Of a stretch of 64,000 nucleotides of DNA, positions 50,851 through 63,696 are shown piece after piece (position 1 is the first letter of the stretch; each line of letters starts with the position of its first letter). The position numbers were made by a program, and so were the translations under genes. The notes below the pieces were generated by a model that was given only the letters and a program-made list of their open reading frames with translations, was not told the DNA's origin and ran no database searches. Origin of the DNA: Squalus acanthias. Lineage: Eukaryota. The stretch covers positions 40,116,001-40,180,000 of the forward strand of contig CM059432.1 of assembly GCA_030390025.1 (NCBI GenBank), written 5' to 3'.

Positions 50851-51208
50851 TATAACTAAATGTCATGTATCTCCTGTACAACTTTAAAGTTAGGTGGTTG
50901 CCTATATGTCAGTTACATTTACTTTAGACATAACAATAACAACTTCCATTTATTTATCACCTTTAATGTAGAAAAGCATCCTGAAGCCCTTCAGAGGCAT
51001 AATCAAAAAATGGACATGGAATTCTTTTAGTATTAAACTTTTGCTGCCTATTACGACAATAAGGGAAAAGCAGATTCCTCACATCTTCCTTGTGTATCAA
51101 GGTTATGGTTAACATTTTTAAAACAAAATTATTAGTTAACAGTTCAAATTGTGCTTGTGATCTATATTTTTCTGGCTAACCTCAGATCTAATCAACTATT
51201 GCTTATTT

Positions 51209-51344
51209 CTGTCGAAGGGTCATCGACCTGAAATGTTAACTCTGTTTCTCGCTCTACAGATGCTGCCTGACCTGCTGAGTATTTCCAGCATTTTCTGTTT
51301 TTATTTCAGATTTCCAGCATCTGCAGTATTTTGCTTTTGTATTG
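51209..51344 (+). mobile_element. PLE family B terminal mini-insertion
   Basis: 10-bp TSD ttgcttattt (51199-51208 / 51345-51354); begins in the hammerhead core. Confidence 0.85.
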
Positions 51345-51788
51345 TTGCTTATTTTAGTTAGTTTTGCTTTTTTATAAAGTCATAAAAGTGACTGATAAAA
51401 GCAATCTCCTATTTTTTTTTAAGAAAGCTAATTTAGCCGTGATACTCCATTTATTTTAACTAGAAAATGTGTTCAAATCTAGAAATTTAAATAAGCATCC
51501 CTGTCAGAAGACTCAAATTTAAATCGAGCAGTAAATGGTACAAACTCAGTTGCCCACGATAGTCTATTTTTGGTGAGAGTACTTCACAGGGAACTGTTTC
51601 TTCCCTATCGCCCATGTCTTGGAAGCACACCTTGTGTTGGTCAATTACTGGGCAGTATTTCCAGCAACTACAGTAGGTACAGGCTGTGCTCTGCTGGCTA
51701 AAGGAGAAAATGAGACGTTGGAGGATATGGATTGTGAGAAAGAATAAAATGTGTAGCTGTTCATTTTTTTTTTAAACTGCCTTCTAAG

Positions 51789-51955
51789 CAATGTTCCCTG
51801 TAAGCTGTGCTTTGTTCTGCATGGCCTGTTTCTTTTAGTGCGTGGTCCCTTTAAATTTCCGCACATGCGCGGTATTTACAACGGAGAAGCCGGTGAGCGG
51901 CCTGCACGGGACCTTTCCCGTTACTGTGCAGCCGCGCAGCTGAGAGGGAGCATTG
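51789..51955. mobile_element. 167-bp hAT-type MITE
   Basis: TIR caatgttccct / agggagcattg; degenerate 8-bp TSD cttctaag / cttctgat; homologous to 61018-61184. Confidence 0.75.
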
Positions 51956-52027
51956 CTTCTGATGACCCAAAATGGCAGGCAAGAAGCGCGTGCGCACTTC
52001 TGACCACCATATTGGGTAAGGACAAAC

Positions 52028-52220
52028 AAGAATACAAAAGCAAAATACTGCGGATGCTGGAAATCTGAAATAAAAACAGAAAATGCTGGAAATACTCAGC
52101 AGGTCAGGCAGCATCTATGGAAAAACATTTTGTCAGTTCTGACAAAAGGTCATCGACCTGAAACGTTAACTCTTTCTCCCTGCACAGATGCTGAGTATTT
52201 CCAGCATTTTTTGTTTTTAT
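52028..52220. mobile_element. PLE family B fold-back mini-insertion
   Basis: 11-bp TSD taaggacaaac (52017-52027 / 52221-52231); both orientations of the terminal repeat. Confidence 0.85.
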
Positions 52221-52637
52221 TAAGGACAAACCGGAGGCGTCTTTACCCATGCCTGAAGCAGGCGTTGGGCAATTTGCATATGCAGATAAGGAGCCTAACA
52301 CCTGGCCCCTGCTACAACGTTGGTTTGTCCAATATGCTGCTTAGTGGGGCAGTGTGGTGTCTATTATGCTGATCTGAGGGACAGGGAGGATGCTGCTCAG
52401 TTGTAGAGGGGGGTGGGGTTTGTATGGCATCAGTCGTGGTTGATGGGTCTGGGAAATGGTTACGATGCCTATGTAAAAGGAGGAGGAGGCATTTCAATGC
52501 CACAAGGTCGGGGGCAGGCAAATGGCCTGCAGAAGTGGCAGGTGGACAAAGGTAGGGTAATCGGTCAATGGCAGTGCATCAATGCCCCATACACACAGGA
52601 AGTGATATTCTGGGGAGGTCTGCAATCTGTATGGGGA

Positions 52638-55335
52638 TCATAGAAACATACAGCACAGAAGGAGGCCATTTGGCCCGTCGTGCCTGTGCTGGCTTTTTGA
52701 AAGAGCAGTCGTGCTTAGCCCCACATGCCTGCTTTTTGTCCGTAACCCTGTAAATTCCTCATTCTCAAGTACCTGTCCCACTCCCTTTTAAAATTATTTA
52801 TGGAATCAGCTTTCACACCTTTTCAAGTAGAATGTTCCAGAGCCCGACGAATAAGAACATAAGAACATAAGAAATAGGAGCAGGAGTAGGCCAATCGGCC
52901 CCTCGAGCCTGCTCCGCCATTCAATAAGATCATGGCTGATCTGATCCTAACCGCCAATCTACTATCTACTATCACAGACCATCTCCTGCATCTAACAGAA
53001 TTGCACACACGAAATAGGAGCAGAATCAGGCTACACGGTCCCTGGGCCCGCTCCACTACCCACAGGGCCATGACCGATCCGAACCTAGACTCATGTCCAA
53101 ATTCCTGCCCGCTCCCCGTAACCCTTAATGCCCTTTACTTTAATGATGTAGCTTCTACAGCTTTTTGTGGCAGCATATTCCATGGACCTACCACCCTCTG
53201 AGTGAAGTAGTTCCTCCTCATCTCAGTTTTGAAAGAGCAGCCCCTTATTCTAAGACTATGTCCCCTAGTTCTAGTCTCACCCGTCATCGGGAACATCCTC
53301 CCCGCATCCACCCGATCCAACCCCTTCACAATCTTATATGTTTCAATAAGATCGCCACTCATTCTTCTGAACTCCAATGAGTAGAGTCCCAATCTACCCA
53401 ACCTCTCCTCATATGACCACCCCCTCATCCCCGGGATTAACCGAGTGAACCTTTTTTGCACTGCCTCGAGAGCAAGGATGTCTTTCCTTAAGTAAGGACA
53501 CCAAAACTGTATGCAGTATTCCAGGTGCGGTCTCACCAATACCTTGTACAACTGAAGCAATACCTCCCTATTTTTATATTCTATCCCCCTAGCAATGAAA
53601 GCCAACATTCCATTTGCCTTCTTAATCACTTGCTGCACTTGCATACTAACCTAATGAGTGAAAAAAAATTCGCCTCATCTCTCCTCTAGATCTTTTGCCA
53701 ATAATTTTAAATTTATAACCTCTGGTTATTGACCCACTCACCAGAGGGAATAGTTTTTCCCTATTTACTGTCTCAAAACTTCTCATCATCTTGAAAACCT
53801 CTATTAGGTCACCTCCTAACCTTCTCTGTTCCAAGGAGAACAGCCCTAAGTTTTCCAACCTCTCCTCATAACTGAAGTCCCTAATCCCTGATAACCTCCT
53901 GGTAAACCTACTCTGTAGTCTTTCTAATGTTTTTACATCTTTCCTGAATTGTGATGCCCAGAATACTCCATCTGAGGCCTAAGCAGTGATTTATAAAGTT
54001 CTGGCATGATCTCTTTACTTTTATATTCTATTCCTCTATTTATAAACCCAAGTAACACATAGGCTTTTTTAACCACCTTATCAACTTGCCCTGCCACCTT
54101 TAAGGATTTGTGTTTTGGACACCAAGGTCTCTCTGCTCATTTGCACATTTCAAAATCATGCCATTTATAGTAGACTGTCTTTCCATATTAGTCATCCCAA
54201 AGTGCATCACTTCACACTTCTCCGCATTGAACTCCATCTGCCATGTTTCTGCCCATTTCACCATCCTGTCTATGTCATCCTGAAGTCTATAACGATCCTC
54301 ATCACTATCTACTACTTTGCCAAGTTTCGTATCATCTGCAAACTTTATAATGCTGTTCCCTATACTCGAGTTTATAAAAATTGAAAAGAGTAATGGACCC
54401 AAATCTGATGCTTGGGGAACACCACTGCAAACCACCTCCCAGTCTGAAAAACATCTATCCACCACCCTTTACTTCCTGCCACTGAGCCAATTTTGTATCC
54501 ATATCGCCACTTTCCCCTTAATTCCATGGACTTCCATCTTCTTAACCAGCCTCCTGTGTGGCACATTGTCAAATGCCCTTTTCGAACGTCTATATATACA
54601 ACATCTACTGCACTACCTTGATCAACCTTCTCTGTTGCCTCATCAAAAAATTCAAACAAGTTAGTCAGACACAATTTGCCGTTAACAAATCCATGCTGGC
54701 TCTCATGCCTTTCCAAATTAAGTTTATTTTGTCCCTGATAATGGTTTCCAATAACTTCCCCACCACCGATGTTAGGCTGACTGGCCTGTAGTTTCCTGGT
54801 TTATCCCTCTCCCCTTTCTTGAATGGTGGTATAACATTAACAACCCTCCAGTCCTCCGGCACTACTCCTATATCCAATGACGATGGAAAGATTGTGATCA
54901 ATGCTTCTGCTATTTCTAGCTTTGCTTCTTTCAGCATCCCAGGATGCATTCCAGGTGATTTACCAACTTTCAGGAATGCTAATCGTTTTAGTACATCTTT
55001 TCTATCTATTACTATCCTGTCCATAACTTCCCTCTCTTTTAGCGTAACCTTCACAACACCCGCTTCCTTTGTGTGTATAAAGTGTTTTAGGGTTCAATTT
55101 AATGTTGCCTGCTAATCTTTTCTCGGAACCTCTCTTTGCCTCCTATATTAACTTTTTCAATTCCCTTCTGTACTTTCCATAATCTTCCTGGTTATTAACT
55201 GAATCTTGATCCTGACATTTGTCATAAGCCTCCTTTTTTTGTTTTATTTTAACTAATTTCCTTTGTCATCCAGGATGCATTCGCTTTGGATGTTCTACCT
55301 GTTCCCTTCGAAGGAATATGCCTAGTTTGTAGTTT
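52638..55335 (-). mobile_element. Decayed CR1 (52638-52850, ~53646-55335) split by a younger CR1
   Basis: ORFs 54665-55054, 54100-54465 (FADDTK), 53646-53858. Confidence 0.85.
52851..53645 (-). mobile_element. Younger CR1 3' fragment with extended 3' UTR
   Basis: ORF 53135-53644 intact; (aagaacat)n tail at 52853-52870. Confidence 0.88.
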
Positions 55336-55899
55336 TAGTTTCAATTTCAGAATTTAAAGCTTACCTGGTTTTCTTAATTATACCAACGTGGCCACTGGCT
55401 GAGAAATCTTAGGGATCTGCACAATGATGCATAGTAGCCAGAGCCCGTGACAATATGCAAACCCGGATACTATATAGCTGTTGCTGTTTTAGCTAAATTT
55501 ATCACAGCGCTACCTACAGGTGTAACAGGTTAACGTTGACACAAATGGATTTTCCTGCACTTCAAAATGAAATGTTGCAACCCTCGCACCAATTTTTGAT
55601 ATATAATAGATGTATTTGTATGATAAATCACTTGTCAAAAACTTGTAAGTATAAATGTGTAGCACAAAATCCTCTTTCCTTCATTCTTTATTGCTTTTAA
55701 AAATGAATGTGAATTGAAAATTGTTAAAATATATAATCTTCGTGAAAGATGCATGTTTCTAAAGTGAAGACTGCTAGTACATAATCGTATTAATTGGATT
55801 AATCCATGAATACCTATATTAAACTGCAATACAAATGCTAATGTGTTTTTGTCAATTAGTTACAGTCATTTCCCAAGTCAGAGATCTTTTCTTTAACAG

Positions 55900-56105
55900 T
55901 TTTTCTGATCCCATGTGGCGCTGTCCTCGGGCTGTTTCCACAGTCGTGTGTGTTCATGAGCCTGAATGTGTACCTGAAGACTGCAGTGGCCATGGAGATT
56001 GTTTACTGGGAGATTGTTACTGCACAGGTTTTTGGTCTGGCCCAGCTTGTAACCTGCTTAACTGTGGACCTTCAAATTGTACTCTACACGGAATCTGCTC
56101 TGAGG
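55900..56105 (+). CDS. NAGPA: NAGPA coding exon (end of catalytic domain and EGF-like repeats)
   Basis: ttttctttaacag| ... |gtacgt; FSDPMWRCPRAVSTVVCVHEPECVPEDCSGHGDCLLGDCYCTGFWSGPACNLLNCGPSNCTLHGICSE; 206 nt, phase 2 to 1. Confidence 0.95.
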
Positions 56106-57403
56106 GTACGTATCAACTTTTTTTCCTTAATTAAATTTAGTAAAAGCAGTTACAGTTAATTCAACTAAGAATTTGTTATTAAGAATCAACAACCAGGTTG
56201 TAAACAAGATGAAATTGCGCCACTTTAGCTGTAGTTTGAAGACCAATATCTGCATTTTGAACTTTGCATTGAACGATTGACCTACTGTTAGTCCCCCTTG
56301 TTCCCTGGCTAATCAAAGGAGTTGCTATGAAGACCATAAAGAGATTGTATTTCGCACACTGTGGCTATGACAAGCCACTGAATGAAGGGGAATCTAATAA
56401 ATGAGTCTCAATCCAGGTTATTGAATTTAGTGGCTCAATTTTCACTGCAGCTTTAGTTAACCTAAGTCTGCCTCATCATTCAACTTCTGTGATCACATCT
56501 TTCTATAACATTTGGGGGACAGTGTGTTTAACAAATTCATGCACGACAGTTGTGACTTTCCCCTACTCTATATGTGTATATAAAACCCCCATGATGGACC
56601 CACACCTTTAGATCTTTTTATCATCTGATCTATTTCCCCCCAGCAGAAAAAGTTTGTCAACTGATTGTTGGTTCCTCATTTTGTGTACAAAATAATTAAA
56701 TCTCCCCCTACAGTCTTGATTGTACATAGGATATTTTTTGACTTTGTTCAAGATTTGTTTCTTTAAGTTGCAAGGTTTTCTTGTTTTCACCTATGCCAGC
56801 TCTTGGTTTTTAAAGTTTTCTTTATGCTACAATTTTTAAAAGACTAACTTATTAGAAATGCTACAGAGGTTAAATGAATGAAGAACATTGAACTGCTCAC
56901 TGATTAGAATTTTCCTCATTCTTTGAATATAATTAAACCTCCACGTACAGAGCTCCCTCCTAGCTACTTTCTTCCTGTGCCCCCCTACCCCTGTATTCTC
57001 TGTTCTGATGTAGCTTAGAACAACTCTACCATTTAATTATGTTTTATTTTAGTGCCCTTGTTAGTCAGAGTCTCAATGCTGCTTCCTCCGGACAAATAGC
57101 TAAGACCGTAGACTAAAGTGGGAGAAGGTTCATCATCAACATCATCCAACCTGATTACTCCTTGTGGAGTATAGGTCATCATTACTTAACCAAAAAACGA
57201 GGAAAATTCTTGAAGGGACAGGGTCACTGGGTGATTTTTCTTTTCCTCCATTCACTTCCACCACTTCATGATACGTGGAATAGGAACTTCTTTCAAAGAA
57301 TTATGCTTTCATCATAATTGTATATGTATCAATATATCTATATCAATTGTAAGTAAATACCGTTCTATTATAAATACTGCATGCTGTCACTTAAATTGGA
57401 GTA

Positions 57404-57730
57404 CAGGAAACTCTCTTTTAACCGGCACCTAAATATCCAGAAATCTCTCTTAACCGGCAAAATTCAGGAGTAGGTTCAGGTAAGTTTTACTATATATTAG
57501 TGGCCGTGTAACCGGGCTTCCTGGATCTGTGGCCGTGTAACCGGGTTTCCTGCATCTGTGGCCATGCAACAGGGACTCCTGGATCTGTGGCCGTGTAACC
57601 GGGACTCCTGCACCTGTGGCCGTGTACAGGGCTCTCGTACCTTGGTAAGTATACCTCTCTGTAATCTGGACTTTTTGATCAACCGGCACCACACCGGTCC
57701 CGTCGGTGCCAGATAAAAAAGAGTTTCCTG
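57404..57730. mobile_element. Tc1/mariner (pogo/Tigger-like) MITE with internal 29-bp minisatellite
   Basis: 26-bp TIR caggaaactctcttttaaccggcacc / ggtgccagataaaaaagagtttcctg; TA on both flanks; ~4.4 copies of tggccgtgtaaccgggnntcctgnatctg at 57501-57627. Confidence 0.85.
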
Positions 57731-57834
57731 TATATAAACTGTTTTTCAAGGTGCATGTTCGTATATTCCAACTGTTAACAATTAATTTTGTTTAATTTGT
57801 TCTGCCACTAATAGTTCTGCTGTTTATCATGCAG

Positions 57835-57882
57835 GTGGATGTCTTTGTGATGCTGGGTGGATGGGAACTAACTGCAGTGATG
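57835..57882 (+). CDS. NAGPA: NAGPA 48-nt exon completing an EGF-like repeat
   Basis: catgcag| ... |gtgggt; GGCLCDAGWMGTNCSD resembles mammalian GCRCDAGWTGSNCSE; phase 1 to 1. Confidence 0.9.
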
Positions 57883-59166
57883 GTGGGTATATCTGTTCTC
57901 CCCATTTTCCTTTGTCTAAGTTCCTTTCCCCCTCCTTTTTCTGGACATGCTTGCATTTTATTTTATATCTTCATTATATTTGCTTTCAAGTCTCCTTTTT
58001 AATTGAAGGCTTAATTTAAAAATTTGTTTCTATGATTGTATAGAAATTATTTCAGAGTTTAGCTGAAAAATTGTTCAAAACATTCTGACAATTTAGCAAG
58101 AATTGTGCATCAAGACATTTATGTAAAAAAACAATCTAGTCTTATTACAATCATCTCATCGTTGAGTATTCCTGCACAAGGTACTCTCCCCTGTCAAAAA
58201 ATCAGCATTTCAATGTGGGCAGGTGGGGAGACACCAAAATCTAAATGAAACTTCCAATAAAAACTTTATCATAGAGGGGAATGGGTTAGTACAGTAGTTA
58301 GTGAACTGATTTTTCACATTTGGCACGTGGTTTCAAATATAATGTTACTCCACAGCTCTTGTTGCCATGACTTGTATATATCATTACTTTTTTTTTAAAT
58401 CACTGGCCTTGGGCCAGTGGAATTTTCTGCTCCTTTCTAGTGCATAGAGTGTATGGCAGCAGTAAGTATTTGTCAGAGGAAAGGCTTGATAATAGAACAG
58501 TTTGGAGTTGGGGTTTTTATTCATTGGAGCATGGTGTGTGAGTTTTTCCTCTTTGGGTGTCATATTAGTGTATACCATGGAGCTTCAGAGTCCACGTATA
58601 AAGTTTAAATCCATGTTCCCATTAATTTACATATATCAAACTGCTAATACTAACAGATCTTGCTGTCTCATTAGTGGATAAATCCTAAATCAGAACACCA
58701 AGAACAGTCGTGTCTAAACCTCTTGGCCCACAGAATTTAAACAGGACAGATCAGGGAATAAGAAATACAAGCACAAATAGGACTGAATTGCCTGAGCTTA
58801 GAATGCTGGATTGCTAGCACTTGTGGCCCACATGTTGGACACCTTGCATTGGGGAAAGTGGTGAACTAGACAAAGTATTAAACTAATAAATGTGATTACA
58901 TTCAAAATATTGTATCAAGAAACTGATTTGCTGTTTTTAAATTCTGGGCATGCAATTCAGTTGTAAATTTTTACATGTTTGTCATGTTTTAGTTGCATTG
59001 TTATTGTAAAATTTTCCGTAGTAAACTTTTTCCATTATATAAAACAAAAATCAATGTATTGAAATGTAGAACTGTTTACTCTTGTTGATCAGTGGTACAT
59101 TCCAAGAATGTCATAAACAGTGAGTGTTTAATTTTCAGCACTTTTGCTCATTTCTTTTCCCAACAG

Positions 59167-59295
59167 TATGCTATAATGGTTTCTATGGTGATGGCTGTAG
59201 TCAAAAATGCCACTGCATAAATGGTGGGATTTGTGATCATATACATGGTACCTGCTCCTGTTTGTCTGGTTATCATGGAGACTTCTGTGAACAAG
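59167..59295 (+). CDS. NAGPA: NAGPA additional EGF/laminin-EGF-like exon
   Basis: tttcttttcccaacag| ... |gtgagt; VCYNGFYGDGCSQKCHCINGGICDHIHGTCSCLSGYHGDFCEQ, 8 Cys; symmetric phase 1-1, 129 nt. Confidence 0.88.
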
Positions 59296-61017
59296 GTGAG
59301 TTTACAGAATTGGAAATAAAACTCTTTGATTGTATGAAACCACATAAGCCATGACGCTACCCTAGGAATGTTTTCCCCACCATTAAGTTTCCAGTGACCA
59401 ACACCTTGACCAGGTGCTCATTGACCATAATCCAAGGCCGACTGGCTAACTCTAGCTGTAACATCTGAGCTCAGTATCGGATTGCCTCAAACATAAACCC
59501 ACCCCGGGTACAAACATCAGCCTTCTCTCAATTTTTTGTAAATGTTCTACCTGTTTGCTATGTTGCAATGCACAATGGATTTTGTGAATGTAAAAATAAT
59601 TAGTGAACAGGGTTCAAGAGGTATGGCAAACGGTGAGTTTCAGAGACACTCACTGCCAAAGTAGGGTGATAAATATTTGAATTTTAATATTTTGAATAGT
59701 CGGATGGGAGGTGCCTTGGAAGTATAGGAATTAGATGGGAAGTCAGGTGAAGTAAGGTTGGGGTTGGCAGTGGAACACAATGTATTTACTGGCTGCAGCT
59801 GGAGGAAGTATAAAAAGTAAATTATTTAGTGAATAGTTAAAGGAGCGTGCAGAATGTTTTTCATTACATCAGTGGTTGCAAAAATTGTTTTAAGAAGTTT
59901 AGGCATGGCTTGCAACTTTTTTTTATTTCTGCTCTATTTGAAAATTTGCAAATGAAGTGGAAGTAATTTGAATTAAAGCGGACAAATTTGAATATGAGCC
60001 ATGAGCTGTAAGTATAGTACTGAATTTTGCTTAGGATTTGGGATATTGTTGGTTAAGTGTGACTGACAACAAATGTGTGATGGGCAGGAAATGTGCACAG
60101 ATATACCATTTGAATAGCAACCAGTAAATCTCCCATTGCTCTTGTTGAGTTTCAGGTTATGCTATTTTATATCAATAATGTTAAACCTTGTAAAACACAA
60201 TGTCCTATTAGGATGACTGAATAAGTCAAATTGTTATTAAATAATCTGCAATTTTCATTGGCATATTGGGAAGCAATTTCCACAATTCTGTCTTTTCTAT
60301 AAAAACTAAATTGTGGTCTGGATTATTACTATATGTTCCTTTATCTATGTACTCAATTTTTATCTCATACCTGTTTTAAAGCCATGAATGCATAGCAAGA
60401 TGAACCACACCAAAGTTAAGTACCTGGCATTTAACAGCACTTGGGAGGGGGCAGTGGAGTTTAGAGGCATATTGATGGTCCCGTGGATTGGGCCCATGGA
60501 AACAGAACCTGTGGTTTGACAGTACTGTGGAGAGGAACCTGGGGTAGAATTGGGGTTTGCTTACTGGGGCATTCCTGAGATCTGGCAGCACCAAAGGCTT
60601 GAAGTAAGAGATTCTGAGGTCTGGAAACTCTGCAGGGGAGGAATCCCAGTGTCAGTCAGATGGGGGAAGTATCCTGGGGTGTCTCAGAACTGAAGGTGCT
60701 CCTGGGGCTGACTGCAATGGTGTAGAGTCATTGGGTCTTGTGTCAATGGGGTGAGGAGTCCCTAGGATCTAATAGCATTGGGGAAAGGAATGTTATACTG
60801 TTTGAAGTATAATGGGGCTCTTGAAGTTTGGCAATACTGGGGAGGGAATCCTGGGGTTTGGCAGAGCAGTGAGTCAGATATGGGGTTTGGCTCATTGGGG
60901 ATTTCTGGCATTTGGCAGCACGAGGGTGGGGGCAGCAAAATCCTAGGTTCTGGAAGATGTGGGGAAGGGGATCCTGTTGCCTAGTAGTACTAGGAAGGAG
61001 ATACCAGAGTTTGGCAG

Positions 61018-61184
61018 CAATGTTCCCTCTAATTTTTTTTTGGGTGCGAGGCCCCTTTAATGGGCTGTGTGCACAGCCCATTCAAATTTCTGCGCATGTG
61101 TGGTTTTTCCATTTAAAAGCCAGTGAGCCGGCTGCGCGGGACATCCAGACTGTCACGTGGCCATGCAGATTAACGGGAACATTG
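61018..61184. mobile_element. 167-bp hAT-type MITE, second copy
   Basis: TIR caatgttccc / gggaacattg; 8-bp TSD tttggcag / cttggcag. Confidence 0.8.
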
Positions 61185-62339
61185 CTTGGCAGTACTGGCC
61201 AAAAGGTTCTGGGGTTTGATGACACTGTGGGTGTGTCTATGGCTTAGTAGTATCAGAGCTGTCATTTACACTCTCTCTTGCCTGGTCATGCTGTAGGTCT
61301 ACCCACCTATCTCTAGCTCTCTTGTGTGTTCTCTCTCTACTTCTGTCTATATAGATACAAACAGCTCAGGATTTCTCTCTGAAATAGAATTTAATAGTTT
61401 ACATGGGAAACTTTATCTGAGCCCCACTTGCTTTAAAATCATTTGGCTAAAAGTAAAATATAGAAATACTGTTTTAGCATGAGGAAAGACACACTTCAAA
61501 GGAATCATACTGATGCACTTTGGGAAATTCTGGACATGCCAAAACTGCATCCTTGTAATTGCATGCACAGGTGTAGTTGGTAACTTCCTTCAGCTGATTG
61601 TGATCGATTTGGGAAAATATCAACTTCAAGTCCAGAATTTTGAGAGAGGCTGAGGCCTCAGCAAAAATGCTAAGATACTCAAAGACAGAAAACAATTTTA
61701 TAGATAAAGTTTAAAGTTTAATTATTATTGTAAAATATGTAATTTTTGTTTCATTAAAATCTGTTATGCCCATAGTTGAGGATAAAAGCTCGCAGTGAAA
61801 CATTTTCAAAATGTTTTTCACCTCCTTTCATGTATTGGTAAGTTTTCCTGATCAGTTGTTCAGGATTGTTTTGATAACCCCTTAGCAGTTTCTCACAGGT
61901 AGCTTTCTAGCTTTTAATTTACATATTCTGCTTACCGCCTCAGTTGATGACATTTAAATTTAAACAAATCAAAAAATGTGACTTAAAATGTTAGTAAATC
62001 AAAAAGTGTGGCACCAAAGTGACATGACTGGAAGTGTGCACTATCACAACATTTTCAATATATTAAGATTAAAGGAAGAGTGTTTTTTTTCCTGGTGGTC
62101 GATCCTAGCAACTCCAGAAGTTTACAAGTAGCCCTCTAATGCTAGCTGCCGCTAGTCTATAAGACATGTTCAAAGAACTGATTGTGATTGGTTTTGAAGT
62201 ACCAAATTGCATTTTTTTCATGGTTGAAGTGGTAAAGATGAAAGAGGGCATGACAGAACAACAGACACCAGATCCAGACTGTCCACATTTGCCATTATAT
62301 CAGATACCTTGTGGCACACATATCTAATAATAACTGAGG

Positions 62340-62700
62340 ACAACAGGGTCTGCAGGCACCTGGTCAGCGTGGAGCCAGTTGCAGATTTGTCACATCAGTT
62401 GGAAGGATACCTGCAGCAAACATGCCAGTGACTGTCAAGGTTATTACCTCCTTCAACTATTTTGCAGCCACCTCCTGACAAGCAAGGGTGCCCTAGAGTG
62501 ACAAAAAAGACAGCCCTCCTCATGTAGTTTTTCTCCCAGAAGGATAATCCTGAGGAAGTTTTTACTCTTGCTGACATAATTCCTTGAACTACTGTACTGG
62601 AAGTGTGCATATCTCTGCAAGCAGCTTTTTGATTTGCAGTTGATTCCAAATAACTACCCATGTTTTGCAGTATAAGCCACTGGTGTCACCCTTCTCATTT
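62340..62700 (+). mobile_element. Possible ancient Harbinger transposase relic
   Basis: Fragments such as QICHQL and VTVKVITSFNYFA resemble the ERCHLL / VALKVTVALNFF region of the 30444-30995 transposase; very decayed. Confidence 0.3.
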
Positions 62701-63696
62701 TCTCACAGTGCAGTACATCATAGATGGCCTAAAGGTCACCCTTCTGTTCTATTCGTGCAAGAATCCGCAGACGTAATGTGGTAACCCCTAACTAACTTTT
62801 TAAGTTGGTTCCAAGATTATATGCTCAGAGATGGAAGATTGGAAGGGAGTCAACTGTCAGTGGCAGACTTGGTAATGCAATACCTGAGCCAGGAAGGTCC
62901 ACAGTACTCCAGGACACTGATGATTAATAAGCTAGCCTGGCTCATTAACGTGACCTGGAAGGATAAATCTGTCACTGAGGACTGTGATTCTTCCCATTTG
63001 GCACTGGTTAACCTTCTAGGTGATGCCCTAAAGAGTAAATTGGTCTGAGCTAGTGGGAAGGAGAGTTCTGTTTTTAGCTGGTTAAACTTCAGCAATACTC
63101 TACATTGGTGCTTGTCTCTGCTTTAAATTCTCTGGATTTAGGAAAGTAGGTTGTATGCCTAAGAGGAGATGAGTTGCACTTCATATTTGGTAACAATAAA
63201 TTGTATCTGTTGTGTATTTCTCAGTAGGTTGTCTTGATTCTTAAATGTGGTGCTGGGTTAACATGCGTATCAGATACCCAGCTGACCAAAAATAGAGTTG
63301 ACTGCTAGCATGAGCATGCACAGTGGCAGTATCTGATTTCCATCCAGTGAAGAATACAGTGACTGTTTTATGTTTCTCTCATTTTAATTTATAATATTCA
63401 GCATTTAGAAGAATTTTACCTTTGTAGATATGAGTTCAAAATTATTAATGCAAAATTTGAAAATATATGTCAGGAGATTCTGTGCTTAGAGTAGCTTTTT
63501 GAAAGATGGTAATTGCGTGGTTTGACAATGCAAGTTTTTAAAAATCTTGGTACAGTTGCTTTTTAGATCCTAGTTTTTCATTTTTGTAGTAGGAGAGTTC
63601 ACTAGTTGTAAATTTCAGTTAGTGATACAGGAAGCAGTGAAGTGATGTGTAAATATGTTGACCGTATACTAAATTATTTTGTTTTATTTTAAACAG

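Noticed and set aside
57501..57627. CRISPR-like 29-bp repeats
   Set aside because: Head-to-tail with no spacers, inside a eukaryotic MITE; no cas genes
60400..61250. G-rich region with recurring ggcag/ctgggg motifs and short ORFs
   Set aside because: Too degenerate to define a repeat unit; ORFs have no recognisable homology
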